DNA from: a virus
Taxonomy: Duplodnaviria; Caudoviricetes
Reading direction: 5' to 3' (one strand)
Virus record (IMG/VR): IMGVR_UViG_3300032303_002590
Length of the DNA stretch: 64,000 nt
Part shown: piece after piece, positions 1 through 9,284 of the stretch
How positions within the stretch are numbered: the stretch's first letter is position 1
Layout: every line of letters begins with the position of its first letter
Translations under genes and position numbers: made by a program
The notes under the pieces: model-generated
What the model was told of the DNA's origin: nothing
Seen by the model: the letters and a program-made list of their open reading frames with translations, nothing else
Database searches by the model: none

Positions 1-2532
1 GTAGTTATATCAATAAATCAAAATATATTTGGATCAGGATTATCACCAAACACTGTAATAATTTCAGGTTCAACCTATAATTTACAAGATGATGGTGAGG
101 GTAATATAATGGATACTTTAACTTCTATTTATGTAGGTAACGTATTTTATTCTCAAGGATTAATAGTAATAACTAATCAAGATTACTTATGTGTATTTGG
201 AGCTCCTCCAACTACAACAAACGATTATTTTTCATATTTAAATGTTAATTATAATCCCCAAACTTTAGATATATTAGCAAATGATTTTGCTGATTGTGGA
301 GTAATAGATCAAACCTCAGTACAACTAATGACTGTACCAGGTTTTAGTTTTCCTAATTATACTTTAAGTAATGGTATTATAACAATAACACCTGATCAAA
401 CAAGTATAATACCTGGTAATTATCAACTAAATTATACTGTTGGAAATCTCAATGGAATTAGAAGTAATACTAGTTCAATTAATTTAACTATAACATCTAG
501 ACCTTTAAATCTTAGAATTTCTAATGCAGTTAAATCTTGTTTTGATACTCCATCTTCAAATCTTGTAACTTTTACAATTAATAATGGGGTACCACCATAT
601 AGTTATTCTTTAGATAATGGAGCTACTTATACAGGAGTACCTGGATTTTTTAATCAAACTATTAATGCCTATATGACTTCGGGTATGGGTAATAAAATTT
701 ATATTAAAGATTATTTAGAAGATATAATAACTGGATCATTTGATTCACTATATCCTCCTATAACTTATACTATATCCTCTAAACTAAACCCCTGCTCAGG
801 TTCAAGTAACGGTAGATTAGGAATAACTCAAGGGAGTACAGATACCGCAACACAAGCCTCAATAGATGGAGGTGCCACATATTATTCATTGCCTAAAACC
901 TTTACTGGTCTAAATTCAGGATCTTATACTTTATACACTAAAGATTCTCATGGGTGTGTTACTAGTTCAATAGTAACTCTAGGAATATATCCTGCTTTAA
1001 CATCTAGTGCAACCCAATCTAATGTATCTTGTTATGGATCAAGTAATGGTTACATATCAGTAGCATTTACTGGTGTTACGGATACATTAATTGTTAATAT
1101 GACAGATGCTACTGGTAGTTATATATATTCAAGTATTAATTTAAGTGATTTTCCTAATAATACAGTTACTGCTTCTAATTTAGTAAGTGGAAGTTATAGT
1201 TTAGTATTATCTTCTATAGGAATGAACCAATGTCAATCTTATAATAATACATTTACTATAACATCTCCAACTCAACTAACATTTAAAACAACAGCATCTT
1301 ACATAGATTCATGTTCTAATGCTATAATATTTTCAGGTTCAGGTGGTACCTCTCCTTATACTTACTATGCTGTAGAAACAGCTTCAAGTACTATATATTC
1401 ATCAACTTCTAGCTCTGTAACCTTAAATGGATTAACAGGAGGTACATTTAATACTTTTATAGTAGATAATAGTGGATGTATATCAACTTCTTCTTTAGTA
1501 ACATCTTATGGTAGAATTTATAACTATACTGGATCATATTGTGTTACATCAAGTGGAAGTAATACTGGATATGTCTCAAGTTCGGGGATACAACAAAACT
1601 TTATTTCGGGCCCATATTCAGGTTCTATTGTAACTTCTAGTTACTCTAGTGGTTCTACTTTATTAGACCCTACTGTTAATTTTAAACAATTATTTATCTC
1701 AGGAACATTTGATAATATACAACCACTAGGAGAGGATACCCCTTGGTATCAAAGATATTATTCTAATCCTACTTTATGCCCTCCAGGAGGATGTTATGCT
1801 CCTATTTTAGTAACAGCTTTCCCAATAAGTTGTTCAACTAACTGGTCATCATCATATTCAGTGACTTATAATTCAGGATCATCTTTAGCTACTAAAACTA
1901 TAATTGAATATAGTTACACTTCTGATTTTGCCAATAAAGTTACTCATAGTATAAATAATGCTTCCCCAACAATCTCTCCTTTTTATACATTAACTGATTT
2001 TGGGGCATTTAATACTCCTAATACAATAATGTATTTTAGGGCTTATAATAGTTGTAGTATAGGAACTACTTCATCTTACAGTAATATTTTAACTGCAAGT
2101 TGTGCTACTATCCCACCCCCATCTCTTTTTACAGTACAGATTAAAAACCATACAGGAGCAACTTTAAATTATACTACAGGATCTATTCAATATATTATAT
2201 ATAATAATAAATCAGCTAGTGTTTCATTCACTAGTCAAACTAAAGATATAAGTTTATATACTATACATCCCGTTCATAGTGGAGCAGGAGGTGATATTCA
2301 TAAAGTAAATGTTTCTAGTAGTAATGATGTAAATAATAATGTTTATACTTTATTACACTGCCCCATAAATCCTACAGCATACCCTGATTATACAGTATCA
2401 ACAGAATATATTGATGGTGGGTATAATTTTTTCTTTATAGATGATATTAGTAATTTATATACGGATTTAACAGTTCATATTGATAGAGATACTTACACAA
2501 ATGCAGGGACTATAACTTTAGATATAACGTAA
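1..2532 (+). CDS. Virion structural (baseplate/tail) protein with SprB-like Cys/Gly/Thr-rich repeats; 5'-truncated, frame open from base 1
   Basis: Frame 1 reads VVISINQNIFG...LQDDGEGNIMD into ORF 109. Repeats NVSCYGSSNGYISV, NGVPPYSYSLD and GGTSPYTY resemble SprB units. Confidence 0.6.
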   Translation, partial: VVISINQNIFGSGLSPNTVIISGSTYNLQDDGEGNIMDTLTSIYVGNVFYSQGLIVITNQDYLCVFGAPPTTTNDYFSYLNVNYNPQTLDILANDFADCGVIDQTSVQLMTVPGFSFPNYTLSNGIITITPDQTSIIPGNYQLNYTVGNLNGIRSNTSSINLTITSRPLNLRISNAVKSCFDTPSSNLVTFTINNGVPPYSYSLDNGATYTGVPGFFNQTINAYMTSGMGNKIYIKDYLEDIITGSFDSLYPPITYTISSKLNPCSGSSNGRLGITQGSTDTATQASIDGGATYYSLPKTFTGLNSGSYTLYTKDSHGCVTSSIVTLGIYPALTSSATQSNVSCYGSSNGYISVAFTGVTDTLIVNMTDATGSYIYSSINLSDFPNNTVTASNLVSGSYSLVLSSIGMNQCQSYNNTFTITSPTQLTFKTTASYIDSCSNAIIFSGSGGTSPYTYYAVETASSTIYSSTSSSVTLNGLTGGTFNTFIVDNSGCISTSSLVTSYGRIYNYTGSYCVTSSGSNTGYVSSSGIQQNFISGPYSGSIVTSSYSSGSTLLDPTVNFKQLFISGTFDNIQPLGEDTPWYQRYYSNPTLCPPGGCYAPILVTAFPISCSTNWSSSYSVTYNSGSSLATKTIIEYSYTSDFANKVTHSINNASPTISPFYTLTDFGAFNTPNTIMYFRAYNSCSIGTTSSYSNILTASCATIPPPSLFTVQIKNHTGATLNYTTGSIQYIIYNNKSASVSFTSQTKDISLYTIHPVHSGAGGDIHKVNVSSSNDVNNNVYTLLHCPINPTAYPDYTVSTEYIDGGYNFFFIDDISNLYTDLTVHIDRDTYTNAGTITLDIT

Positions 2533-2837
2533 TGGCAGCAATAGTACAAGATCCAAATGCAACTCTAAGATTCAAAAATGAATATATCATTTATGAACAG
2601 GAAGTTCGTTGTAAAGTAGGAGAAAATGATTTTAACATGACTCTAAACCCTACAATATCAACTGATAATTCAGGTTCATTAAGAGATTTTGCTACAGGAT
2701 CAGATTTTTCTCCTTATGTTACTACAGTAGGACTTTATAATAATAGAAGTGAATTATTAGCTGTAGCTAAATTAGCTCAACCAATTCCACTTTCTTCAAC
2801 AACAGATACAGTTTTTGTAATTAAATATGATATTTAG
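2532..2837 (+). CDS. Conserved phage structural protein, C-terminal-type domain
   Basis: PYVTTVGLYNNRSELLAVAKLAQP motif typical of large-myovirus baseplate/tail proteins; TAATG coupling. Confidence 0.55.
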   Translation: MAAIVQDPNATLRFKNEYIIYEQEVRCKVGENDFNMTLNPTISTDNSGSLRDFATGSDFSPYVTTVGLYNNRSELLAVAKLAQPIPLSSTTDTVFVIKYDI

Positions 2838-2872
2838 TATTGCATATTGCAATACGCAATCTAAAAAATAAA

Positions 2873-2932
2873 ATGGAAAATACATTTAATTTAAAAAAAT
2901 TCCTTGCTGAAGGGAAATTATTAAAAGAAGAA
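2873..2932 (+). repeat. 60-bp leader cassette, copy 1 (MENTFNLKKFLAEGKLLKEE)
   Basis: Near-identical DNA at 16856, 56210 and 59110. Confidence 0.95.
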
Positions 2933-3562
2933 CAAACCTCGAATTTAGAACAAATAAACCCTGATTTTACCTCAGATAAAATAGTTACTACTTCTAATTA
3001 CGCTAATGATAGGGGACAACTTAAATCTCAATTTGGTAAACAATCCTATGATTTTGGAGGAAGTGAAGATCCTATTCCAAATTCTATAATAGTAGATGAT
3101 GCTGAACCTGAAGGTGATAATGAATGGATTCAATTCGATTTAAATAAAGTTGGAAAATTTCCACCAAAAAAATATATCAATTCAACTTTTACTATAGATT
3201 ATATTGATAATCAAAATAATTTAATAAAAACTATCCTAAACTCATTAGAAAGTGGTGGTATATTAGTTGTTTCTGAAAATGTGAAATCTGTATCTGATTT
3301 TTACAATAAACTGAAAAATAATTTTGATATATTAGAAGTTTATGATTTTATGGGTGATTTAAACGAAGGTGTATATACTCCCGAAGAAAGACAAGAAATG
3401 GCTGATAATATAAGAAAAAAATATACCATAAATGGTGTATACTATGATCCTTATTATCCCCTCCCACCTGGACTTAAATATGATAATGAAATGGGGGGTG
3501 ATGGTGAAGACGAAGAAGTAGATGAAAATTCAGTAATATCCCTAATTTTAAAGAAAAAATAA
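2873..3562 (+). CDS. MENTFNLK-leader protein with SAM-dependent methyltransferase-like domain (start revised to ATG 2873)
   Basis: Leader repeat, then YDFGGSE / IIVDD / IQFDL / LNSLESGGILVVSE in class I methyltransferase order. Confidence 0.5.
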   Translation: MENTFNLKKFLAEGKLLKEEQTSNLEQINPDFTSDKIVTTSNYANDRGQLKSQFGKQSYDFGGSEDPIPNSIIVDDAEPEGDNEWIQFDLNKVGKFPPKKYINSTFTIDYIDNQNNLIKTILNSLESGGILVVSENVKSVSDFYNKLKNNFDILEVYDFMGDLNEGVYTPEERQEMADNIRKKYTINGVYYDPYYPLPPGLKYDNEMGGDGEDEEVDENSVISLILKKK

Positions 3563-3566
3563 AATT

Positions 3567-4010
3567 ATGTGGTTATACGAAAATAAAGAAATAAAAGAAT
3601 TAACAGATATGCCCGAATCTACATTCGGGTTTATTTATGAAGTAACTCATTTACCTACAGGAAGAAAATACTTAGGTAAAAAGCAATTAATATCTGTTCA
3701 AAGAAAAGCTTTAGGTAAAAAAGAATTAGCTTTAATTACTGATAAAAGAGCTTCTAAAAAGAAAACTGTTACTAAAGAAAGTGATTGGAAAACCTATTAC
3801 GGATCAAATCCAACAATTAAACAGATGTTAAAAGAAGGTAAACAAGACGAATTTACAAGAGAAATTATTATGTTTGTACCTAACAAAAAATTATTAACTT
3901 ACTATGAAGACAAATATCTTTATATTAATGAGGTAATAGAAAAAGGAGATACATATTTTAATGACAATATTTCAGGTCGTTTCTTTAAAAAAGACTTTAT
4001 AAAAAACTAG
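3567..4010 (+). CDS. GIY-YIG-family endonuclease-like protein
   Basis: FGFIYEVT...RKYLGKK, YYGS, FTREI, YFNDNI. Confidence 0.7.
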   Translation: MWLYENKEIKELTDMPESTFGFIYEVTHLPTGRKYLGKKQLISVQRKALGKKELALITDKRASKKKTVTKESDWKTYYGSNPTIKQMLKEGKQDEFTREIIMFVPNKKLLTYYEDKYLYINEVIEKGDTYFNDNISGRFFKKDFIKN

Positions 4011-4036
4011 GATACCACAAAATAATTTATTATATT
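4008..4036 (+). promoter_or_regulatory. Class-2 (early/middle-type) promoter TAGG-N19-TATATT
   Basis: Same motif with an exact 19-nt spacer at 9 intergenic sites. Confidence 0.65.
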
Positions 4037-4055
4037 ACCATAAAAACCTCTTATT

Positions 4056-4208
4056 ATGAAACGTTACAGCTTATATAATAAAAATTTAACCGAGGCTATT
4101 AATTCAATTAAATCGGCTAATTTAGAAGGAGCAATATTATTTTTTGCTTCTCAAAAAAGATTAGAAATTGATCAATTTCATAAGTTATTTGACGTAAGAG
4201 AATCATAA
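4056..4208 (+). CDS. Small hypothetical protein (50 aa, MKRYSLYNKN...), not in the ORF track
   Basis: ATG after a class-2 promoter; fills the gap before primase. Confidence 0.6.
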   Translation: MKRYSLYNKNLTEAINSIKSANLEGAILFFASQKRLEIDQFHKLFDVRES

Positions 4209-4224
4209 ATAGAAAAACAAGGTT

Positions 4225-5160
4225 ATGATAAACGGAATATTATTAGGTCTAGTACAATCTGTACTAGGAAAGGGTAATGCTACCTCAAAAGGTAATTATG
4301 CTTTTCACTGCCCTTTATGTAATCATAGAAAACCCAAATTAGAAATTAATTTAGTACCAACAACTAAGAATGAAAATCCTTGGCATTGTTGGGCTTGTGA
4401 TATTAAAGGAAAAACAATTGCTTCTTTATTTAAATCAGTAAAAGCAGATAGAGAAAAATATTCTGAATTAAATTCCATCTTAGGTACCACAACTAAAATA
4501 GACCAATCAGATTTTAACCTTAACGTAGAATTACCGAAGGAATATAAACCATTATATAATCTGTCAAAAACAGATATTATCGCTAAACACGCGTTATCTT
4601 ACGTTAAAAAACGTGGTATAACACCCACAGATATACTCAAATACCAAATAGGATATTGTGAGATAGGAAGGTATGCTAATAAAATTATTATACCCAATTA
4701 TGATGCTGAAGGTAAATTAAATTACTTTATAGCTCGTTCATTTGAAAAAGATCCGTCTAGAAAATACGATGCAGTATCTACTGATAAGAATTCAATAATT
4801 GGATTTGAAAATTTAATAAATTGGAACTTACCTGTTATACTTTGTGAAGGAGCATTTGATGCAATTGCTATTAAAAGAAATGCAATACCTTTATATGGTA
4901 AAACAATGTCAAAACAATTAACTAAAAAATTATTGTCTAATAATATAAAAGACATATATTTAGCCCTGGATAGTGATGCTTTAAAAAGTACACTTAAAAT
5001 TGCCGGAGATCTACTCCACTCAGGAAAACAATTACATGTTGTGAAATTAGAAGGTAAAGACCCATCAGATATGGGCTTCGAACATTTTACACATTTAGTA
5101 CAAAATTCTCAAGAATTTACCTTTTCTGATCTTTTCTCACTCAAATTAGAAGTAAACTAA
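4225..5160 (+). CDS. DNA primase (Zn finger + TOPRIM)
   Basis: CPLC...WHCWAC zinc finger; LCEGAFDA, LALDSDA, KDPSD. Confidence 0.9.
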   Translation: MINGILLGLVQSVLGKGNATSKGNYAFHCPLCNHRKPKLEINLVPTTKNENPWHCWACDIKGKTIASLFKSVKADREKYSELNSILGTTTKIDQSDFNLNVELPKEYKPLYNLSKTDIIAKHALSYVKKRGITPTDILKYQIGYCEIGRYANKIIIPNYDAEGKLNYFIARSFEKDPSRKYDAVSTDKNSIIGFENLINWNLPVILCEGAFDAIAIKRNAIPLYGKTMSKQLTKKLLSNNIKDIYLALDSDALKSTLKIAGDLLHSGKQLHVVKLEGKDPSDMGFEHFTHLVQNSQEFTFSDLFSLKLEVN

Positions 5161-5924
5161 TGAAAAAATCTTACGACAGAATTCTCCAAATTTCAGATGA
5201 CCACAAACAAATCACATTACCTGATTCTAGGTTTTACAGACGAAATGGAGATTATTATCCTTCAATAACACACGTTTTATCTTATTACCCAAAAGGTCCT
5301 CATTTTGAAGATTGGTTAAAAAAGGTAGGTTATGCTTCAGAATACATTGTAAAAAAAGCAGCTGAAGAAGGTACTCAAACTCATAATTTATGTGAAGATT
5401 ACTTAAATGGAGAAGAATGTTCATTCTTAAATCAATATGGTAATCCTGCTTATCCACCTCATGTGTGGCAAATGTTTTTGAATTTTGTTGATTTTTGGGA
5501 AACACAAAAACCAACTTTAATTGAAACTGAAGTACATTTATTTTCAGATGTTTTAAGAGTAGCAGGAACTTGTGATTTAATTATTGAGTTAAATGATGAA
5601 TTATGGGTATTAGATTTAAAAACTTCTAATCACTTACAAACCACTTATGATTTACAAACAGCTATTTATGGTCAATGCTATGAAGAATGTTATGGTAAAA
5701 CTATAAATAGACGTGGTGTATTATGGTTAAAATCAAAATCAAGAGGTGAAGATAAAACCGGTAAACGTTTAAAAGGTAAAAATTGGGAAATTGTTGAATC
5801 TGAAAGATCACAAGAACAAAACCTAAGCATTTTTAATAATGTTAAGGCTTTATTTGATTTAGAAAATCCTGCTCCTAAACCACACATTTTAACATTAAAA
5901 ACCACAGTTAAAAGGGAAGTGTAA
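5160..5924 (+). CDS. PD-(D/E)XK exonuclease
   Basis: YPSIT, GTQTH, ETEV, AGTCDL, VLDLKTS, QTAIY. Confidence 0.8.
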   Translation: MKKSYDRILQISDDHKQITLPDSRFYRRNGDYYPSITHVLSYYPKGPHFEDWLKKVGYASEYIVKKAAEEGTQTHNLCEDYLNGEECSFLNQYGNPAYPPHVWQMFLNFVDFWETQKPTLIETEVHLFSDVLRVAGTCDLIIELNDELWVLDLKTSNHLQTTYDLQTAIYGQCYEECYGKTINRRGVLWLKSKSRGEDKTGKRLKGKNWEIVESERSQEQNLSIFNNVKALFDLENPAPKPHILTLKTTVKREV

Positions 5925-5925
5925 A

Positions 5926-5933
5926 TATTTATA
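5926..5933 (+). promoter_or_regulatory. Late-promoter-like TATTTATA
   Basis: Recurrent motif just upstream of gene starts. Confidence 0.6.
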
Positions 5934-5947
5934 TTAATAATATAAGA

Positions 5948-6700
5948 ATGATCAAACTAGCTACTTTATTAAAAGAAATACAAGGTACACCAAAAGCTAT
6001 ATTTTTAGCAGGTCCTGCTGGTAGTGGTAAGTCTACTTTGACTAAACAACTATTACCTTCCTCATACCAAGTTATTAATTCAGATGACACTTATGAAGAA
6101 CTTTTAAAAGCAAGTGGAATAGGTTTAAAACAAAAAGATTTTACTCCTGATCAATTATCACAAGCAGCTAAATTACAAGCACAAGCTAGAAAAACAACAC
6201 AAGATACATTAGCTAAATCCATCGAAGGTAAAAACAATATTATTATAGATGGAACTGGTGCTGCTTCAGGTCCTGTTTTAAAGAAAAAACAACAATTAGA
6301 GGATTTAGAGTACGAAACCTTAATGTTAATGATTTATGTTTCTCCTTTAACTTCACTTGAACGTAACCAAGAACGTGATAGAAGTTTAATACCCAGTATT
6401 GTGTTAAGAACATGGAGAGATGTTAATAAAAATATTAGTACTTACGAGCAAGCATTTGGAGATAATTTTATATTATTAAATAATGATTCTAAAGATTCAA
6501 ATAAAGGATTTTCACCCGAACTAATCAAACCCTTTACACAAGCCTCTTCTGCTATAGGAAAACCTAAAACACCAGAAGAAATGGCTAAATCTAAAGCTGA
6601 AAAAGATGCTTTGAATCAAGATATTGAATCAATGGTAAAAACTTTACCTAAATTTGATGATATAAGTTCTGCTAAATCTAAAATTCAAAATTTTATTTAA
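5948..6700 (+). CDS. P-loop kinase (zeta-toxin/AAA_33-like) with MIKLATLLKE leader
   Basis: GPAGSGKS, INSDD, IIDGTG, SLERNQERDR. Confidence 0.75.
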   Translation: MIKLATLLKEIQGTPKAIFLAGPAGSGKSTLTKQLLPSSYQVINSDDTYEELLKASGIGLKQKDFTPDQLSQAAKLQAQARKTTQDTLAKSIEGKNNIIIDGTGAASGPVLKKKQQLEDLEYETLMLMIYVSPLTSLERNQERDRSLIPSIVLRTWRDVNKNISTYEQAFGDNFILLNNDSKDSNKGFSPELIKPFTQASSAIGKPKTPEEMAKSKAEKDALNQDIESMVKTLPKFDDISSAKSKIQNFI

Positions 6701-8145
6701 TGAATATTGGTAGACAAATAGTACAAGAACTATTAGAAGGTACAGAAAAAACAGTAGCTATTTATGGTGGTGGTTTTAAACCACCTACAAAAGGTCACTT
6801 TGAAGTAGCTAAATTAGCTTTAGAAAGACATCCAAATATAGACGAACTTATAATATATGTTGGTAGTGGAGTAAGAGATGGTATTACACAACAACAATCT
6901 GTAACCATTTGGAATATTTATAAAACTAAACTATCAGATAAAGTTCAAATAGTTACTCCTGATGTTCCTCCTGTTAGAGCAGTATTAAGATATGCTAAAG
7001 ATAATCCTGATACTAAGGTAATATGGATCTTAGGAGCAAGAGAAGACAGAGAAGAGGATTTTACAGATATAGCTAAACGAACTAAATCTATAGCTCAATA
7101 CCCAAACCTAACAGTAGATATAATATCAACTCAAGGTGGTATTTCAGGTACTGCAGCTAGACAAGCACTTAATTCTTCTAAAGAAGATTTCTTTCAATTT
7201 TTACCTGATGAGGTAGGACAACAAAAAAATGATATTTATGATATTTTAACCAATAACCAGTTTGAAGAAAGATTTATTCCTGGTCCTTTATTACATGAAT
7301 CTAAAATATTAAACGAATCCTTTACCCCTCAAAAAGCTCCATTAATGAAAAGATTTGTGGAATATGCTTGTAATCATTTAGATATAGATGAGCCTAAAAT
7401 AATGATAATAAATTCTCCTGAATACACTCAGGAACATCATAGTTTTGGAGGTTATTTTCCTCAAGAACATAAAATAAACGTTGTAGTTCATAATAGAAAC
7501 ATGGCTGATATTTTAAGAACATTAGCACACGAATTAGTTCATCACCTCCAAAATTTAAATGGGATGGAATTAAATGGTGAGGATGGTTCTGATACAGAAA
7601 ATGAAGCTAATGCTAGAGCAGGAGTAATAATGAGAGAATTTGGACGTAGTAATCCTGAAATTTTTGAAAGTAAATTAAATGAAGCAATAGTTGGTGATAG
7701 GATTGAATGTGATAATTGTGGTTGGAGTTGGCCAATAGCAGATGGGGGTGATGATCTTTTTATTTGTCATAAATGTGGACACGACAATACTGAGGAATAC
7801 GATGTTGAAAATGAACAAGATTTAAAAGAATTTATTTCATTTTTAAAAGAATATTCTCAACAATTATCTGAAGGAGAATTAACTGAAGCTGAATATCATG
7901 GACGTAAAGTTCAACTTGGTAAAATAATGCAAGGTGATATTAAGAAATTTAAAGTATACGTTAAAAATAACAAGGATAAAGTAGTTAAAGTTAACTTTGG
8001 GTTTGGTGGTTCATCAGCTCATGGTAAAAGAATGAACATTAAAGTACACAATCCTAAAAGAAGAGCAGCATATAGAGCAAGACATAATTGTGATAACCCA
8101 GGACCACGTTGGAAAGCGAATTATTGGTCTTGTAGAAAATGGTAA
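6700..8145 (+). CDS. Multidomain protein: HIGH-type nucleotidyltransferase + HEXXH domain + Zn ribbon + basic C-terminal domain
   Basis: GGFKPPTKGH...ISGTAAR; RTLAHELVHH; CDNC...CHKC; RARHNCD...YWSCRKW. Confidence 0.7.
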   Translation: MNIGRQIVQELLEGTEKTVAIYGGGFKPPTKGHFEVAKLALERHPNIDELIIYVGSGVRDGITQQQSVTIWNIYKTKLSDKVQIVTPDVPPVRAVLRYAKDNPDTKVIWILGAREDREEDFTDIAKRTKSIAQYPNLTVDIISTQGGISGTAARQALNSSKEDFFQFLPDEVGQQKNDIYDILTNNQFEERFIPGPLLHESKILNESFTPQKAPLMKRFVEYACNHLDIDEPKIMIINSPEYTQEHHSFGGYFPQEHKINVVVHNRNMADILRTLAHELVHHLQNLNGMELNGEDGSDTENEANARAGVIMREFGRSNPEIFESKLNEAIVGDRIECDNCGWSWPIADGGDDLFICHKCGHDNTEEYDVENEQDLKEFISFLKEYSQQLSEGELTEAEYHGRKVQLGKIMQGDIKKFKVYVKNNKDKVVKVNFGFGGSSAHGKRMNIKVHNPKRRAAYRARHNCDNPGPRWKANYWSCRKW

Positions 8146-8148
8146 TAA

Positions 8149-8688
8149 ATGATATCAATAAGTAAACTTTTCGAAGAAGAAAAACCAAAAATAAATTACG
8201 ACATCTATTGTGATATGGATGGTGTTTTAGCAGATTTTGAAGGTCGTTTTGAACACTTTACAGGAATGTCTCCTGATCAATATAGAGCAGAAATGACTAA
8301 AAAATACGGTGAGAAAAAAGCTGTAGATATGTTTTGGGATTTAATTGATCATGAAGTTGGAGTAAGATTTTGGAGAGGAATGTCTTGGATGCCTGGTGGT
8401 AAAGAATTATGGAATTATATTAAACCTAATAAACCTACTTTACTTACTGCCCCTTCATATAATGATTCCAGCAAAATTGGAAAAACTTTATGGGTACAAG
8501 ACCACATCCCAGGAGCTAAAATGATATTTAAGCAAGCTAAACAGAAAGCTGATTTAGCAGGTCCTAATAAAATATTAATTGATGATAGAGAAGATACTAT
8601 TATGAATTGGAAATCCAAAAATGGTATCGGAATTTTATATAAAAATACAGACCAAGCAATAAACGAATTAAAACAATTAGGAATATAA
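8149..8688 (+). CDS. HAD 5'(3')-deoxyribonucleotidase-like protein
   Basis: YCDMDGVLADF, LLTAP, GKTLW, ILIDD. Confidence 0.8.
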   Translation: MISISKLFEEEKPKINYDIYCDMDGVLADFEGRFEHFTGMSPDQYRAEMTKKYGEKKAVDMFWDLIDHEVGVRFWRGMSWMPGGKELWNYIKPNKPTLLTAPSYNDSSKIGKTLWVQDHIPGAKMIFKQAKQKADLAGPNKILIDDREDTIMNWKSKNGIGILYKNTDQAINELKQLGI

Positions 8689-8691
8689 GTT

Positions 8692-9261
8692 ATGTCACAA
8701 TTAAATAGAGAATTCGAAGAAAGAGATATCCAAAGAATGAGAAACATCATTTCAGGTAATACTGGAAATACTACTCGAATTCAATCCGGTTATAGTAAAG
8801 ATAAAGTTACTCATAGTGAAGGCGATACATGGGAAGAAAACGGTAAAACCTGGACTATTCACAGTGGTATTAAACAAACCGTCACCAAACACGATGCATT
8901 AAAGGCAATGGTAGAATTTCCACTTACTTGCCCATGTTGTTCTAAAGCAATGAAAGACATTCCATTAAACAGAAAAATGTATAACATACATTCTACATGT
9001 TTTGATTGTGTTGTTGAAATGGAACATAAATTACGTATGGAAGGTAAGTATGAAGCTTATGAAAAGCAAATGTTAAATGATAACAAAAATGCTACTATAG
9101 ATGATGCTGAACAAATGTTTGATGAGTATTTTAATTCAAAAAATAATACATACGTTACCGAAGCAGGTGATATAGAAAAATGGGATGGTGGTAGTATTGA
9201 CCCTGAAGTTATAAAACTAGTTAAAGATAATATAAAACGATTAAGAAAATTAGAAATATAA
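8692..9261 (+). CDS. Hypothetical protein with Zn finger
   Basis: CPCC...CFDC. Confidence 0.6.
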   Translation: MSQLNREFEERDIQRMRNIISGNTGNTTRIQSGYSKDKVTHSEGDTWEENGKTWTIHSGIKQTVTKHDALKAMVEFPLTCPCCSKAMKDIPLNRKMYNIHSTCFDCVVEMEHKLRMEGKYEAYEKQMLNDNKNATIDDAEQMFDEYFNSKNNTYVTEAGDIEKWDGGSIDPEVIKLVKDNIKRLRKLEI

Positions 9262-9262
9262 A

Positions 9263-9270
9263 TATTTATA
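9263..9270 (+). promoter_or_regulatory. Late-promoter-like TATTTATA
   Basis: Recurrent motif. Confidence 0.6.
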
Positions 9271-9284
9271 TCAAAAAATAAACC

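Noticed and set aside
5160-5924. Cas4 / CRISPR adaptation gene
   Set aside because: It has a PD-(D/E)XK core but no evident four-Cys Fe-S arrangement with a C-terminal cluster. It sits beside primase like ordinary phage exonucleases.
5948-6700. Zeta toxin-antitoxin module
   Set aside because: No adjacent antitoxin-like gene; the leader and operon context fit a phage kinase better.
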